NCBI GenBank assembly: GCA_963762255.1 | Contig: CAVXKA010000001.1 | Coordinates: 1,024,001 to 1,088,000 of the forward strand | Source of the DNA: Candidatus Eiseniibacteriota bacterium | GTDB lineage: Bacteria > Eisenbacteria > RBG-16-71-46 > JABDJR01 | DNA: 64,000 nucleotides | Direction of reading: 5' to 3' | In this document: positions 30,397-40,735 of the stretch, piece by piece | How the letters are laid out: each line of letters starts with the position of its first letter | Numbering within the stretch: position 1 is the stretch's first letter | The notes under the pieces: model-generated | Databases searched by the model: none | Told to the model about the DNA's origin: nothing | The model's input: only the letters and a program-made list of their open reading frames with translations | Made by a program: the position numbers and the translations under genes

Positions 30397-31932
30397 ATGG
30401 CGGTGCATGTGGATGGGAAGAGCCTTCGGATAGAGAACGTGGTCGCGGTGGCGCGGCATGGCGAGGAAGTGGTGATCACCCCGCAGTCGCTGGACCGTAT
30501 TCGCGCCTGTCGCGCCATGATCGAGCGCAAGATCGCGGCGAACGAGACCATGTACGGGACGAACACCGGGATCGGCGAGCTGTCGGAGATGAAGCTCAAC
30601 GACGATCAGCTCCGGCAGTTCCAGCGCTACCTGGTCTACAACCACGCAGCCGGCATCGGCAAGCCGGCGCCGATCGAGCATGTTCGCGCGGCCATGCTCA
30701 GTCGCATCAACGTCCACTCCAAAGGCTACTCGGCCTGCCGTCCGGAGATCCCGCTCACCTACGCCGCCATGCTCAATCGCGGCATCACCCCGGTCGCGTG
30801 CGAGAAGGGAAGCGTCGGCGCGTGCGGCGACCTCGCGCCGATGAGCCAGATCGCGCTGAGCCTGATGGGCGAGGGCGAGTGCTTCTACCGGGGCGAGCGC
30901 ATGCCGACGGCGGCGGCGATGCAGAAGGCGGGGATTCCGGTGCCCGGGCTCGAAGCGCGCGACGGCCTCTCCGCGATCAACGGCTCGAACCTCATCACGG
31001 GGATGGCGTGCCTCCTGCTCTACGACGCCGAGCGGTGGACGACCCAGGCCGAGATCGCCGCGGCGATGACGCTGGAAGCGTTGCTGGCCAACATGAAGCC
31101 CTACAACCCCAAGCTCCACGAGCTGCGCGGGTTCCGCGGAGCCCAGACCTCCGCTGCCAATCTGCGCCAGGTGATGGAGGGTTCGGACCTCTGGACCGGG
31201 AAGATCAAGGTCAAGGTCCAGGACGCGTACTCGATGCGCTCCACCCCGCAGGTCATCGGGTCGCTCCGCGATCTTCTCTCGTGGGCGCGCACGCAGGTGG
31301 AGACGGAACTCAACGGCGTCGCCGACAACCCGATCTTCGATACGGAAACCGACACGGTGCTGACCGGCGCCAACTTCCAGGGCGTGCCGGTGAGCATGCC
31401 GCTGGATACCGTCGGCGCGGCTCTGTGCATGGTGTCGGTCCTGTCGGAACGCCGGCTGAACCGGCTGCTGAACTCGGCACTCTCGGTGGGGCTCCCCGCA
31501 TTCCTGACGAAGGGAGCGGGGATGTTCTCCGGCCACATGCTGAGCCAGTACACCGCCGACATGCTGATCGTGGAGCAGCGAATCCTGAGCACTCCGTCCT
31601 ATATCCAGTCCATCCCCGCCGCCGCGGACCAGGAAGATTTCGTGAGCATGGGGATGAATGGGGCGCTCAAGACGGTGCAGATTCTCGAGAACGCCCGCGC
31701 GGTGCTGGGGATCGAGATGATCGCCGCGGCCCAGGCGCTCGACTTCCGCGACTTCACGCCGGGGAAGGGGACGCTGGCCGCCCATGCCGCGATCCGTAAG
31801 GTCGTGAAACACCTCGAAGAGGACCGGCCGCTCCATACCGACCACAACGCAATGGCCGAGGCGGTCAAGCAGTGCTCGGTGTTGGAGGCGGTGGAGGCCG
31901 AGGTGGGGGCGCTTAAGGCGTCGTGGAGTTGA
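30397..31932 (+). CDS. Aromatic amino acid ammonia-lyase (histidine ammonia-lyase family)
   Basis: YGTNTGIG, GSVGACGDLAP, INGS, VQDAYSMR, DNP, NFQG and QEDFVSMG motifs. Confidence 0.9.
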   Translation: MAVHVDGKSLRIENVVAVARHGEEVVITPQSLDRIRACRAMIERKIAANETMYGTNTGIGELSEMKLNDDQLRQFQRYLVYNHAAGIGKPAPIEHVRAAMLSRINVHSKGYSACRPEIPLTYAAMLNRGITPVACEKGSVGACGDLAPMSQIALSLMGEGECFYRGERMPTAAAMQKAGIPVPGLEARDGLSAINGSNLITGMACLLLYDAERWTTQAEIAAAMTLEALLANMKPYNPKLHELRGFRGAQTSAANLRQVMEGSDLWTGKIKVKVQDAYSMRSTPQVIGSLRDLLSWARTQVETELNGVADNPIFDTETDTVLTGANFQGVPVSMPLDTVGAALCMVSVLSERRLNRLLNSALSVGLPAFLTKGAGMFSGHMLSQYTADMLIVEQRILSTPSYIQSIPAAADQEDFVSMGMNGALKTVQILENARAVLGIEMIAAAQALDFRDFTPGKGTLAAHAAIRKVVKHLEEDRPLHTDHNAMAEAVKQCSVLEAVEAEVGALKASWS

Positions 31933-32107
31933 GGCGGACCGGTTCGGCCGGGTAGGCGTGGCGGGTGCGGGCGGGTTGCGAGGGGTGATGCGCGGGCGGG
32001 GTCGATTGGGGCCGCGCCGCGCGAGTGAGCGGGGTGGGTGAGCGGGTTGATCACCCGGGTGAGCATTGTGTAGTGCGCGCGTTGGACGGCGGTGGACTTG
32101 AGCCGCG

Positions 32108-32167
32108 GCCAAACGCCTGAATCAAGCCGCGCCGCGAAGCGACGGCGGCTTGAATGAGTCGTCAGGC
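32108..32167 (-). mobile_element. Integron attC site (60 bp, degenerate core)
   Basis: Minus strand GCCTGAC GACTCATTCAAGCCG...CGGCTTGATTCAGGC GTTTGGC, closely resembling aadA-type 59-base elements. Confidence 0.75.
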
Positions 32168-32213
32168 ATGATTGGATTTTCCCCGCTTTCTGAGTCGCCC
32201 GGTAATGCCCTCA

Positions 32214-32960
32214 TCACCGCCTCATCAGCGCGAACACACCCCAGCCCACGTATTCACGCGTGTAGGCGGCGTAGCGCTCGGGTTCCGAGGTCAGTGTGGC
32301 TCGAACATCTTTCGCGAACTCGTCGTCGGGATTGGCTTCAAGCCATCGGCGCATGGTGAGCCATTTGGCCGCCTCGTATCTGTCCCAGCCGTCCTGGTCA
32401 GCCAGAACCATTTCAACGACGTCGTAGCCAAGGTGGCCGAAAGACGCTAGAAGTCCTGGAAGCATGAGAAAGTCGGAGATTGAGTGGGCAAGACACCCCT
32501 TGGCAACATCTTCCGTCGGCGGTAACTGCCGCCAGTAGGGCTCGCCGATGAGGATGATTCCTCCGGTGCGCAGGCTCCGCGCCAGAAGCTCGATAGTGCC
32601 GACGACTCCCCCGGCGATCCATGTAGCACCGAGACAGGCTGCCACACCGGCCTTGTCGTCCGAGACGTAGCCGGCAGCATCGCCATGGATGAACTTGACT
32701 TGATGGGCGACGCCGAGTTCTTCAGCGCGGAGTTTCGCTTGCTCGGTGAACAACTGGCTCATGTCGATGCCGGTGCCGATGACGCCGTAATCGCGAGCCC
32801 AGGTGCACAGCATCTCCCCCGAACCGCTGCCGAGGTCGAGCACCCGGGACCCCGATTCCAGACGCAGCGCCGCGCCGAGCGTGGCGAGCTTATCGGGTGT
32901 GAACGGGTTATGGATGCGGTGAGCACTTTCGGAGATGTTGAAGATCCGTGGGATGTCCAT
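32214..32960 (-). CDS. YjhP-like SAM-dependent methyltransferase in a gene cassette
   Basis: MDIPRIF...HRIHNPF and LDLGSGSGE motifs; visibly more A/T-ending codons than its neighbours; attC downstream. Confidence 0.85.
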   Translation of the reverse strand: MDIPRIFNISESAHRIHNPFTPDKLATLGAALRLESGSRVLDLGSGSGEMLCTWARDYGVIGTGIDMSQLFTEQAKLRAEELGVAHQVKFIHGDAAGYVSDDKAGVAACLGATWIAGGVVGTIELLARSLRTGGIILIGEPYWRQLPPTEDVAKGCLAHSISDFLMLPGLLASFGHLGYDVVEMVLADQDGWDRYEAAKWLTMRRWLEANPDDEFAKDVRATLTSEPERYAAYTREYVGWGVFALMRR

Positions 32961-33098
32961 TGTGAGAAATTCCCTTACGGGTGTGAATAGATTCGGTCAG
33001 GGCCTGACGCTATGGCGTTGATTTGCGGGCGGGCGCCACCGGCGACCGACCGTCATGTCCAACGCCTGGTTGGGCAGCGCAAAGTGATGGATATGTTC

Positions 33099-33506
33099 TC
33101 ATAGCGAGCCCCACAGAAAGAGACTGCGACTGCCGTCGCCGATCGAACCCGCGATGGAAACCAGGGCGACGATCACATGCTCCACATCAGCCGGCGCGCA
33201 GGCAAGCTCTTCAGTGGCCGCCCACCGTTTTGCTGCCGCGGCGACTCCCTCCGAATCGAGTCTACGCAGGAGTTCTACGAACGCGGCCGGGAACTTGAAT
33301 GTCCACGTCTCGCCGCTCGGCCGCACCTCCTCCAGGGCATGGGAGTCCGGGCTCCATTCCTTCCCCTCCAGGATCGCCCAGAGCGTCTCGAATTCCAGAT
33401 TCGTCAGGCCGCCGAGTTGCACGCTCTGGAAACCGGCCGCGGAGTCGCCGTCATAGGACCTCGCCTCCTCATCGGTCCCCACGAATAGCTCGGTCAGAAT
33501 CCCCAT
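33099..33506 (-). CDS. Hypothetical protein (135 aa), possibly cassette-derived
   Basis: SD GGAGG, protein-like composition, followed by a collapsed attC. Confidence 0.65.
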   Translation of the reverse strand: MGILTELFVGTDEEARSYDGDSAAGFQSVQLGGLTNLEFETLWAILEGKEWSPDSHALEEVRPSGETWTFKFPAAFVELLRRLDSEGVAAAAKRWAATEELACAPADVEHVIVALVSIAGSIGDGSRSLFLWGSL

Positions 33507-33610
33507 CTGATCCTCCGATAGCCTGCAGGGAGTGGAGCAGACTCCGCTTTCGATCCCGCCCCCGCGCGTCCGGTCCGGTTGACCGCAACGGTCAGCCGCC
33601 GCGCCGCCGC

Positions 33611-34210
33611 CTACTCCTCCCGCGGCCTCGGCTTGACCGCCTCCGCCACCGCTTCGGGGGGCGTCGTGGGGATCTGACGCAGCGCCTCGCGCCGCGCCTC
33701 CTCCAGGGAGGCGGCGCGCAGCTTCCACCGATACGGCGCCATCGACACCGGGGTCTGGTCGTCGATCTCCCCGCGCTCGTCGAGGGCCTTCATTTGTGCG
33801 TAGGTGTAGAGCCGCACCGGGATCGTGGGGATATAGAACCATGTGTGCTCGACGAGCCACGCATCCGGCTCGTCGGCGATGAGCCACGCCACGAGACCCG
33901 GCTCGAGGATCTCCTTCTCCCCGTCGAGCGTGACCCCGCGCAGCGAAGAATCGGCCAGGATGGGGGTTAGCCGCGTGGGGACGACCCATGCGCTGTCCGC
34001 GACGGCTGCATCCGCCGCCGCTGCGAGGCCCGGGCGCTTGGGTATCGTGCGCGGATCCGGGCCCGGGCCGCTCGTCTGCACGATGCGCGTCACGACGAAT
34101 CCGGTGATGGCGACGACCAGGATCAGGCCGAACGCGAGGACGCGAGAGCCGGGGATGCGGCGGCGGGCGAGCTTCGATGCGTCGGGTGCAGGAGGGCTGA
34201 TCGACGACAT
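33611..34210 (-). CDS. Hypothetical membrane-anchored protein
   Basis: One N-terminal transmembrane segment followed by a globular region. Confidence 0.5.
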   Translation of the reverse strand: MSSISPPAPDASKLARRRIPGSRVLAFGLILVVAITGFVVTRIVQTSGPGPDPRTIPKRPGLAAAADAAVADSAWVVPTRLTPILADSSLRGVTLDGEKEILEPGLVAWLIADEPDAWLVEHTWFYIPTIPVRLYTYAQMKALDERGEIDDQTPVSMAPYRWKLRAASLEEARREALRQIPTTPPEAVAEAVKPRPREE

Positions 34211-34297
34211 GGTGACGCGAATCTAGCCCGGCGTGAGCGAGTTGGCAAGGTAGCCGGATCGCTGGAAGTTCTGCGATCGCCGGGGACCGGCCGCCGG

Positions 34298-34528
34298 TCA
34301 GCCTGTCTGGCGCTTGCGGAAGTAGGCGAAGAGCGCGGCCAGTCCGCCCACCAGAATGAGCGCGCCGACCACTCGGAAGAGGCTGATGATCCAGGCGATC
34401 CCGATGCCGAGCGCCGCCCACTGAACCCACCAGTGCCCCGGCGACGTCACCAGGTTGATGACGAAGAGCAGGGCCAGGATCATCGGGCCGACGAACAGGA
34501 ATCTCACCGCACGCAGGGTTCTGAGCAT
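34298..34528 (-). CDS. Small membrane protein (2TM-domain-like)
   Basis: LFVINLVTSPGHWWVQWAALGIG; SD GGAG. Confidence 0.65.
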   Translation of the reverse strand: MLRTLRAVRFLFVGPMILALLFVINLVTSPGHWWVQWAALGIGIAWIISLFRVVGALILVGGLAALFAYFRKRQTG

Positions 34529-34560
34529 CGACTTGTCTCCCTCGGAAGGCCCTACGGGAT

Positions 34561-34640
34561 ACCGGCCGCGGCGGTTGCAGGGACTTGGGAGGGGGACCGG
34601 CCGCGCCGGTTGCAGGGACTTCGGAGGGGGTCCGGCCGCC
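34561..34640. repeat. 35-bp tandem repeat, two copies plus a partial third
   Basis: ACCGGCCGCGsCGGTTGCAGGGACTTsGGAGGGGG at 34561-34595 and 34596-34630. Confidence 0.85.
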
Positions 34641-34660
34641 CCGCCAGCGACAATCCGGGC

Positions 34661-34951
34661 CTAGGCCACCGCTTCCGCCGGCACCGCGAACATGCGGATC
34701 TCGTCGCAGCACTGCGAGCGTACGGAGTACTCCCGCACCGCCGCGACCAGGCGGTCGGCCTCCTCGGCGCCGACCACCGCCAGCAGCATGCTCGTCGTGC
34801 CCGGAAACGCCCGCGTGCCCAGCTTGCGGCCGCTCTTGCCCGCCCCCAGCACGTTCGGGATCTCGGTGTAGGCGTGGATCTCGTGCTTGTCGATCACTTC
34901 CTGCACGTCGGCGAGGCAATCCGACGGAACCAGCACCATCAGCATTTTCAT
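34661..34951 (-). CDS. P-II-like transporter-associated protein
   Basis: 96 aa; MKMLMVLV...AYT....V.GAGKSG.KLGTRAFPG...FAVPAE; overlaps the RND stop. Confidence 0.75.
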   Translation of the reverse strand: MKMLMVLVPSDCLADVQEVIDKHEIHAYTEIPNVLGAGKSGRKLGTRAFPGTTSMLLAVVGAEEADRLVAAVREYSVRSQCCDEIRMFAVPAEAVA

Positions 34952-37900
34952 GATTGTTCCTCCACCGCGACCGGCGTTTCGAGGCGCTTGCGCTCCATCA
35001 TGTAGTACAGGATCGGGACGACCACCAAGGTGAGCACGGTGGCGGTGATGGAGCCTCCGATCAACGAGATCGCCAGCCCCTGGAAGATCGGATCGACCAG
35101 GATTACCAAAGCGCCCACGACTACCGTCCCCGCGGTCAGCACGATCGGCCGCAGCCGCACCGCGCCAGATTCCAGGATCGCTTCCTTCAGCGGAAGCCCC
35201 CGCTCCAGCGCAAGGTTGACGAAGTCGAGCAGCAGCACGCCGTTTCGCACCATCACGCCGGCCAGGGCGATGAACCCGATCATCGACGTAGCGGTGAAGA
35301 ACCCGCCGAACGCCCAGTGGCCGAGGATGATGCCGATCAGGCTCAACGGAATCGAGACCATCATGACCAGCGGCGTGATCAAATTCTTGAACCATCCCGC
35401 GATGAGCATGTAGATGAGGAGGAGCACGACGCCGAAGGCCATTCCGAGATCGCGAAACACCTGCCGCGTGATCTCCCACTCGCCGTCCCAGCGCACCGCA
35501 TAGGCATCCTGGGTCCGCGGCTGCGCCGCGAAGAGCTGGGTCACCGGTTCGCCGCGCGATCCCGTCAGGGTCTCGATCCGCTTCTTCATGTCGAGGATCG
35601 CGTAGACAGGGCTCTCCTGCTTGCCGGACAGCTCGCCCACCACGTACACCACCGGGCGACCGTTCTTGCGGTAGAGACTCACCGAGCGCTCGTGCTCCAC
35701 CGGGTGCACGAGAGAGGCTGCGGGCACGAGCATCCCCATCTGGGAGGGGACGCGCACATCACCCACCGCGTGGAGCGAGGTCTGCTCGTCGCGCGGCCAG
35801 CGCACCACCATGGGTACCGGCTCGAAGAGATCCTCCATGTGAAGGTTTCCGACCGGAACTCCGCTGAGCGCCATATATACCGATTGTGCCACCGCGGCGG
35901 GCGCGACTCCCGTCAACGCGGCCTGGGTGCGATCCACCTCGAGGGTCCATTCCTTCTGCGGCGCCTCGACCATCCAGTCCACGTCCACCACGCCGGGGGT
36001 GGACTCCATGATGTCGCGTACCTTGCGCGCGAGCTCGAGCCGCTGCTCCTGGTCCGGTCCGTACACTTCGGCGACCAAGGTCGAGAGCACCGGCGGTCCG
36101 GGCGGGAGTTCGACGACCTTGATGTCGGCGCCGTGGCGCTGAGCCGCCGGAAGCGCGCGCTCGCGGAGCACGCCTGCCAACTGGTGGCTCTTGCGCTTGC
36201 GCTCCCCCTTGGGCAGCAGGTTCACCTGGATGTCGGCCGACTCCGGACCGCGCCGGTAGTCGTAGTGCCGCACGAGACCGTTGAAGGTAATGGGACCGGC
36301 GGCGCCGGTGTAGACCTGCATGCCGGTTACTTCAGGAAGCGACGAGAGCGCGCTCGCGATGTCGCGCGCGGCGGCGTCGGTGGTCTCCAGAGGCGTGCCC
36401 TCGGGCATGTCCACCAAGACCTGCATCTCGCTCTTGTTGTCGAAGGGGAGCATCTTGACGGTGACGACCTTGAGCGGCAAGAGCGTCAGCGTCGCCAGAA
36501 GCAGGAGGGTGATCCCGCCCAGGACCATCATGCCCTTGCGCGGTTCGTCGAGCAGCGGCCCCAGCACGCGATCGTAGAACTTGCGGAGCTTGGGCGGCGC
36601 CGTTTCTTCGGCGTGCTCCGAGCCCGCGCCTTCCTTCACCTTGAGCAACCGCTTGCCGAGCCACGGCGCGATGGTCAGCGCGACGATCAGCGAAAAGGTC
36701 ATGGCCATCGACGCGCCGATCGGCATCGGGCGCATGTAGGGGCCCATGAGGCCGCCTACGTAGGCCATGGGGAACACCGAGGCGATGACGGTCAGGGTGG
36801 CGAGCACGGTCGGGTTGCCGACCTCCGATACCGCGGCCAGAATCGCGGAGCGCACGCGCGGCGTGCGACGCATGGCCAGGTGCCGGTAGATGTTCTCGAC
36901 GATGATGATCGAGTCGTCGACCACGATGCCGGTAATGAAGATGAGGGCGAAGAGGGTCACGCGATTGAGCGTGTAGCCGAAGAGGTAGTAGGTGAAAAGC
37001 GTCAGCGCGAAGGTGACCGGCACGGAGACGAACACCACCACGGAGCCGCGGATCCCCAGCACCACCGCGGTGAGCACGGTCACCAGCACGATCGCGATGC
37101 CCAGGTGCTTCAGGAGGTCGGTGGCCTTCTCGTTGGCGGTCTCGCCGTAGTCGCGGGCCACCGTCAGATGGACGTCGGAGGGGATCAGGCGACCGCGCGC
37201 CGAGTCCACGCGCTGGAGAACCGCTTCGGCTACCCGCGTCGCGTCCGCGCCCTTGCGCTTGGCGATTGTAAGCGTGACCGCCGGGGCGCTTGCGCCCGCG
37301 CGCTGTCCGCTTCCGTGCTCGTGCTCGGCTGCGCCGCCGATCATGGCGACGTAGCTCTCGGTCTGCGCGACCTCGACAATGGAGGCCACAGCGCCGAGGC
37401 GTATGGGCCGGCCGTCGGCCACGCCCACCACGACCGAAGCCGACGTCCTCCGGCGTGCGCAAGAATGAGTTGGTGCGAATGAGTGTGGCCTGGTTGCCGT
37501 CCACCACCGTGCCGCCGGGCGCCGCGGCGTTGGCGGCCTGCAGGCTTCCGACGATCTGCTGGGCGGGAATCCCCGCCGCGGCCAGCGCGCGATTGTCGAT
37601 GCGCACTTCGAGCGTGCGCCGCCGCCCTCCGATCAACTCGGTCGCGGAGACGTCTGGGACGCTGCGCACCTCGTCCTCGAACGCGGCGGCGATGTCGCGC
37701 AGCATCGTCTCGTCGCCATTCTCCTGCCAGAAGGTGAGCGAGAGGATCGGCACGTCGTCGATGAGGCGTGCCTTCACCAGAGGCGGCGTCGCCCCCGCCG
37801 GCATGCCGTCCATGCCGCCGGCCAGGGCGTCATAGAGCTTCACCATGCTCCGCTCCTGGTCGTCGCCGACCTTGAAGCGGACGGTGACCATGGCCATGTC

Positions 37901-38182
37901 GCTGAGTGAGGTGGAGTAGACGTACTCGACGCCCGGGAGTTCCATGGCCAGACGCTCGATCGGGCGGGTGACGCGGTCCTCGACTTCGGACGGAGACGCG
38001 CCGGGCAGCCCGACGATCACATCGGCGAAGGGCACCACGATCTGCGGCTCTTCCTCGCGCGGCGTCTTGGCGATCGCAAGTGCGCCGAGTAGCAGCGCCG
38101 CGATCATGATGAGCGAGGTGAGCTTGGAGTCCAGCGAGACCGCCGCGAGGCGGCCCGCGAGGCCGTAGCCTTCCGGCTTCAT
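34948..38182 (-). CDS. RND efflux permease (AcrB/CusA family), split by a one-base frameshift at about 37438-37442
   Basis: N-terminal half PREEEPQI...EYVYS; C-terminal half GIVVDDSIIIVENI, RNGVLLLDF and RLRPIVLT. Confidence 0.9.
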
Positions 38183-39240
38183 CGTGCGACCTCCACCGCA
38201 TCGCCGTCCTCAAGGTCGGTGCGCGGCGCAAGGATGACCGAGCTGCCGGAGGCGATGCCCGCGGTCACCCGACCGTCGGCGGCAAGACGCACCCAGCGAA
38301 GCGCGGCGCGGCCGTCCTGGACCAGGAACACCCCGGTCAGCGGGCCGCGGCGAATGAGCGCCTCGGTGGGGAGGCGGAGCGCGTCATCGCTGCCCGTGCC
38401 GAACAGCGTGGCGCGCACGAACGAGCCGCTCGGAGCGCTCACGCCGTCTGCGCGCAAGTACGCCTCGATGGTGTGCCGATCCGCGCCGGGCGTGACGCGA
38501 TCCACGACTGCGGGGTACGCGGTGTCACCGGTCATGGCGATCGTGATCGACGCGCTGTCGCCGGGCGCGACCGGCCACTGCGCCTCGGCGGGAAGCGTGA
38601 TGCGTACTTCCAGGCTGCCGGGATCTTCCATCGCCACCACCGGCTGGCCCGGCAGGGCGAGATCGCCGGCGCGGGCGAAGCGGCGCACCACCACGCCGTC
38701 GCGCGGCGCGCGCAGGACGGCGTAGTCCAGGTTCTGCCGGCTCATCGTCGCCATCGCCTTGGCCTGCTCGTAGCCGGCCCTGGCGCCGGCAGCGGCGACC
38801 TCCATCATCTCCAGATCGCGCGGGGTAACCACCTGACTCACGGCGAGGCGGCGAAAGCGCTCGGCCTGCCGCTCCGACATCTCGGCGTTCACCTGCGCCG
38901 CTTGCTCCGCCGCCTTCGACTGCGCGAGGGCGGAGGCCAGCTCGGGGGAATCGAGGCGCGCGAGCACGTCGCCGCGGCGCACCACGGTGCCCTCGGTGAC
39001 GGGAAGCTCGACGATTCGACCGGCCACCTTGGTGGCGACATCGATGCGATCGCGCGCCACCAACTCGCCGGACACGTCCAGGCGGGCACGCTCGCTCGCG
39101 GGGGCGATCGCCTCGGCGCGAACGCGCACCGGGGCCTTCTCTTCCTTGGTCGGCACGCTCTCGCCGCGACCGCACGACGCGGCGCCGAACGCGAGCGCCA
39201 CCAGCGCCATCGAGGTGAGCACGAACGATTGCTTCTTCAT
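38179..39240 (-). CDS. RND membrane fusion protein (lipoprotein)
   Basis: Lipobox AAS-C; lipoyl-like halves V.EG..VRRGD.L and LRAPRDGVV. Confidence 0.9.
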   Translation of the reverse strand: MKKQSFVLTSMALVALAFGAASCGRGESVPTKEEKAPVRVRAEAIAPASERARLDVSGELVARDRIDVATKVAGRIVELPVTEGTVVRRGDVLARLDSPELASALAQSKAAEQAAQVNAEMSERQAERFRRLAVSQVVTPRDLEMMEVAAAGARAGYEQAKAMATMSRQNLDYAVLRAPRDGVVVRRFARAGDLALPGQPVVAMEDPGSLEVRITLPAEAQWPVAPGDSASITIAMTGDTAYPAVVDRVTPGADRHTIEAYLRADGVSAPSGSFVRATLFGTGSDDALRLPTEALIRRGPLTGVFLVQDGRAALRWVRLAADGRVTAGIASGSSVILAPRTDLEDGDAVEVAR

Positions 39241-40637
39241 CGGGATTCCTCCGCGGAGATCAGGGTCCCCGCTGCGAGCTTGAGGGCGGCCAAGGCGAGC
39301 GCGCGATCCGTGCGCGCCGCCGCTGCTCCGAGCCGCGTGCGGGTCAATGCGTCCTGGGATTGGGTGAGTTCAAGGGTGGTGACGAGACCTTCACGATGGC
39401 GTTCCTCGACGAGCCGGAACGACTCCTGTGAGGCGGCCACCGCGGCGTCGAGCGCCGCCGTCTGCAGTTGAGCCGCAGCCAGACGCTCGTACGCGGTGCG
39501 CGCTTCGTGAGCGGCGTTGCGGCTGGTCATGTCGTAGGCCTGCTGAGCGGCCTGCGCCCGCGCCGAGGCGGAGCGCACGCGCCCCGGGGCGCCGGCGTCG
39601 AGCCGCCACCGCGCGCCGAGGCCGACCATCCACTGGTTGCCCCCTTCGCCGAAGAAGTCCTGGCTGTTGTGCTCGGTCCCCGCCATGACCTCCATCGCGG
39701 GGAGAAGTTCGGCGCGGGCAACGCCGCGCATGGCGTTTGCGGCGCGCCACTGTTCGCGCGCCGCGCGCACGTCGCCGCGCTCTGTCGAGGTGTCGATCGC
39801 CTCCGAAAGAAGGGGAGCGGGGGAACCCTCGTGCTCACCGGGTTGCTGCAACGTGTCCTCGATGGGTTCTTCCGCTCCCAAGACCAAACCCAGCACGCCT
39901 CGCGCCTCCGCGCTGTCCGCGGCCGCACCGGCGACCATCGCCTCCATCTCGCGCACGTGGGCGACCAACGACTGGCGATCCGATTGAAGCGCCAGCCCCT
40001 GCGCCCAGAGGCTCTCCACCCGCGCCGCCTGCCCGCGCGCGGTGCCCAGCGAGGCGCGCAGAACAGCGACGCGTTCCTCGGAGAGGAGCGCCATGCGAAA
40101 CGCGCGCTCGGCATCGAACGCGGTGGCCTGCGACGTGCGCTGCGCGTTCTGATCGGCGGCCTCGGCCTGCGCCCGCGCCGCGTTCAGGCCCGACGTGATC
40201 GCGCCGCCGGTCCAGATCGGCTGGTGCACGCTGATCGCCGCGCGCCAGTTGGACACGGGATCCGGGGTGTTGAGGATCGAGAGGTCGAAGGCCCCTTTCT
40301 CGGGATCGAAGGTGCCGAAGTTGCTCGGCCCGAATCGCTCCTGAGCGAGCAGGCTTCCGAACACGTAGACCGGATGATCGGTCCGGCTCGCGCCAAGCTC
40401 GGCCTCCACGCGCGGGAGGCGGCTCAGGGAGGCGGATTGAGCCTGAAGACGGGCCGCGCGCGCCTCGGCGCGCACCGCCATCAGGCGAGGAGACTGGGAC
40501 AGGGCTCGAGCAATCGCGTCCTCGAGAGAGAGTTCTCCCGCATGGACCGGGCCCGCGGCCACTGCCCCCAGAACCAGAGCCAGCGCGACCGTGAGGCGCG
40601 CTGAGCGGGTTGTCGGAGAAAACAAATGGGTTATCAT
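39237..40637 (-). CDS. TolC family outer-membrane efflux protein
   Basis: LSLEDAIARAL, QPIWTGG and REGLVTTLEL motifs; first gene of the operon. Confidence 0.88.
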   Translation of the reverse strand: MITHLFSPTTRSARLTVALALVLGAVAAGPVHAGELSLEDAIARALSQSPRLMAVRAEARAARLQAQSASLSRLPRVEAELGASRTDHPVYVFGSLLAQERFGPSNFGTFDPEKGAFDLSILNTPDPVSNWRAAISVHQPIWTGGAITSGLNAARAQAEAADQNAQRTSQATAFDAERAFRMALLSEERVAVLRASLGTARGQAARVESLWAQGLALQSDRQSLVAHVREMEAMVAGAAADSAEARGVLGLVLGAEEPIEDTLQQPGEHEGSPAPLLSEAIDTSTERGDVRAAREQWRAANAMRGVARAELLPAMEVMAGTEHNSQDFFGEGGNQWMVGLGARWRLDAGAPGRVRSASARAQAAQQAYDMTSRNAAHEARTAYERLAAAQLQTAALDAAVAASQESFRLVEERHREGLVTTLELTQSQDALTRTRLGAAAARTDRALALAALKLAAGTLISAEESR

Positions 40638-40735
40638 GCTCGTCCGGTGGTGAGGGTGATTTCTGTTGCCTGGGGTACGGACGCTTCGACCCGGGATCGG
40701 TCACAGGCCGGGCGGCGGCCGGGGGAACGAGGAGC

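Noticed and set aside
34561-34640. CRISPR array
   Set aside because: The units are adjacent with no spacers, and there are no cas genes in the window.
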